This document shows, piece by piece, positions 62,801 to 64,000 of a stretch of DNA of 64,000 nucleotides. This DNA comes from Rhizaria sp. SCN 62-66 (taxonomy: Eukaryota), in NCBI GenBank assembly GCA_001724265.1, contig MEDY01000010.1, positions 1 to 64,000 on the forward strand. The letters run 5' to 3'. Each line of letters starts with the position of its first letter. The first letter of the stretch is position 1. The notes under the pieces are model-generated. The model was not told the DNA's origin and did no database searches. It was given only the letters and a program-made list of their open reading frames with translations. A program made the translations under genes and the position numbers.

Positions 62801-62953
62801 CGGAGGCGGCGGCACGCCTGCTGCGACGCATGGGGCTGGCGAAGGAGAGAGTCTGGGCGATAAGGCCAAGGCGCTGTTCTCGAAGTTCAAACACCGGAAT
62901 CAGCCGCAGCAGCACAACGAAGCTCGCGCTCATGAACAACAACAACAGCAATC

Positions 62954-63003
<50 letters not shown>

Positions 63004-63089
63004 AACAAGCTCAGACAGAGACGCAGAGTGACGCCGGCAAGGTTGTGAATGCGGCCAAGGAGAAGTTGAAGAACTGGTTCAAGTGGTAA
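35830..63089 (+). CDS. Giant ~9,053-aa Ala-rich protein with two RI-type LRR clusters, five NPF motifs and a C-terminal exocyst Sec6/EXOC3-like region
   Basis: join(35830..35866, 35965..63089) = 27162 nt. Exon 1 MASLLKNKLLSI is followed by a 98-nt GTACGC...CGCAG intron in the correct phase, then a 27,125-nt stop-free exon. LRRs at ~45680-46300 and ~54285-54730; Sec6-like motifs at ~57470-62150. Ends TAA. Confidence 0.8.
52800..53180 (+). repeat. Degenerate peptide repeat (G/A)PRGS(V/I), about a dozen copies
   Basis: Translation reads GPRGSVARGSV...GPRGSVSGPRGSITAAPRGSISGPRGSISAAPRGSV...GPRGSIALARGSI...GPRGSL...VRGSV. Confidence 0.9.
62935..63009 (+). repeat. CAG/CAA microsatellite encoding poly-Gln
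   Basis: QQQQQ S followed by about 18 Q near the C-terminus of the giant protein. Confidence 0.9.
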
Positions 63090-63527
63090 ATGAAACGTAC
63101 TCGAGCTTGCAGTGTAACACTTCATGTTTTTTACAAATTAAGATTGATTCGGGTAATTCCATTGAAATGATAGACTTTCATATGTACTTCTATGTTAACA
63201 CTTTTCACATTTAAATAATACATTTTTATTTTCATATCTCTTCATTTTGAACCACGGCTCATTTTTGCTATTTTTGTCGTAAGCATCAGGCCACAGGTCG
63301 TCAATAGGAAGCTAGAAGAGAGAGAGCCTTTCTGAAAGTGAGATTGCATCTAAAGTTTTGATTCTTGATTTACGACTCACAACATCCGTGACGTACAGTG
63401 TTGTTACGATACCCAGTGCATATTTAATCTACAATTTACAGATATATTATATACACTCGTAAATAACTCAATCATAACCGTGTACACCTTGATTACAATC
63501 CGACCCACGCAGATTTCCGTTCCGGTC

Positions 63528-64000
63528 ATGTCTTCTTCCTCCGCCGCCCCCGCGGCGGCTGCCACCACCCCCGCCCTCGCTGCCGCTTCCGCCGTGCCGC
63601 AGGAGACCCCTCTCCCCATTCTTGCGCCGAAGCCCCCTGCGAAGATCGACTCGATGGGCCCGCACAACAACATGGTGGATGCACTGCTCACAGATCTCTA
63701 CCAGATCACGATGGCCTACGCCTACTGGAAGTCTGGCCGCCACAACGACGACTCCGTGTTCGAGCTCTTCTTCCGCAAGAACCCATTCGAGGGCGAATTC
63801 ACCGTTTTTGCCGGGCTCGACGACGTGCTGCGCTTCGTCAACACCTTCGGCTTCTCGGCCGAGGACTGCGCCAACCTGGCTGAGCGTTTCCCCACCTGGG
63901 ACAAGGCCTTCTGGGGTTATCTCCAGTCGCTCTCAGCCAAGGACATCAAGCTCTACGCCATCAAAGAGGGCTCTATCGTGTTCCCGCGCATCCCGCTGCT
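63528..64000 (+). CDS. NAPRT: Nicotinate phosphoribosyltransferase, 5' part (cut by the window edge)
   Basis: Not in the ORF track because no stop falls in the window. My translation gives ...ALLTDLYQITMAYAYWKSGRHNDDSVFELFFRKNPFEGEFTVFAGL...YAIKEGSIVFPRIPL. Confidence 0.95.
   Translation, partial: MSSSSAAPAAAATTPALAAASAVPQETPLPILAPKPPAKIDSMGPHNNMVDALLTDLYQITMAYAYWKSGRHNDDSVFELFFRKNPFEGEFTVFAGLDDVLRFVNTFGFSAEDCANLAERFPTWDKAFWGYLQSLSAKDIKLYAIKEGSIVFPRIPL

Overview
Gene-dense nuclear DNA of a unicellular eukaryote, with GC-rich, Ala/Ser/Gln low-complexity-rich coding regions, short AT-rich spacers and a few 98-187 nt GT-AG introns. I can build 12 complete gene models and 2 partial ones: Pex14-PUB fusion, NUDT8/7-like CoA pyrophosphatase, a coiled-coil protein ending in CaaX, acyloxyacyl hydrolase, a DOT1-like methyltransferase, a PHD/SIM/RIN13-like Zn protein, HMG-CoA lyase, CDC26-like, a Gln-rich unknown, a BAR protein, Pcf11, a ~9,050-aa LRR + Sec6-like giant, NAPRT (cut by the right edge) and an unknown ORF cut by the left edge. 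The main discovery is that TAG does not behave as a stop codon. Six reading frames continue in frame through a single TAG; one splits a conserved Nudix fold and two lie in Gln-rich runs. All six TAGs are followed by C, whereas all 12 modelled gene ends are TAA or TGA followed by a purine. This points to a variant nuclear code (UAG = Gln, with UAA/UGA as stops) or to systematic context-dependent UAG-C readthrough. Domain calls come from motif recognition by eye, not database searches. No tRNA, rRNA or CRISPR was recognised.
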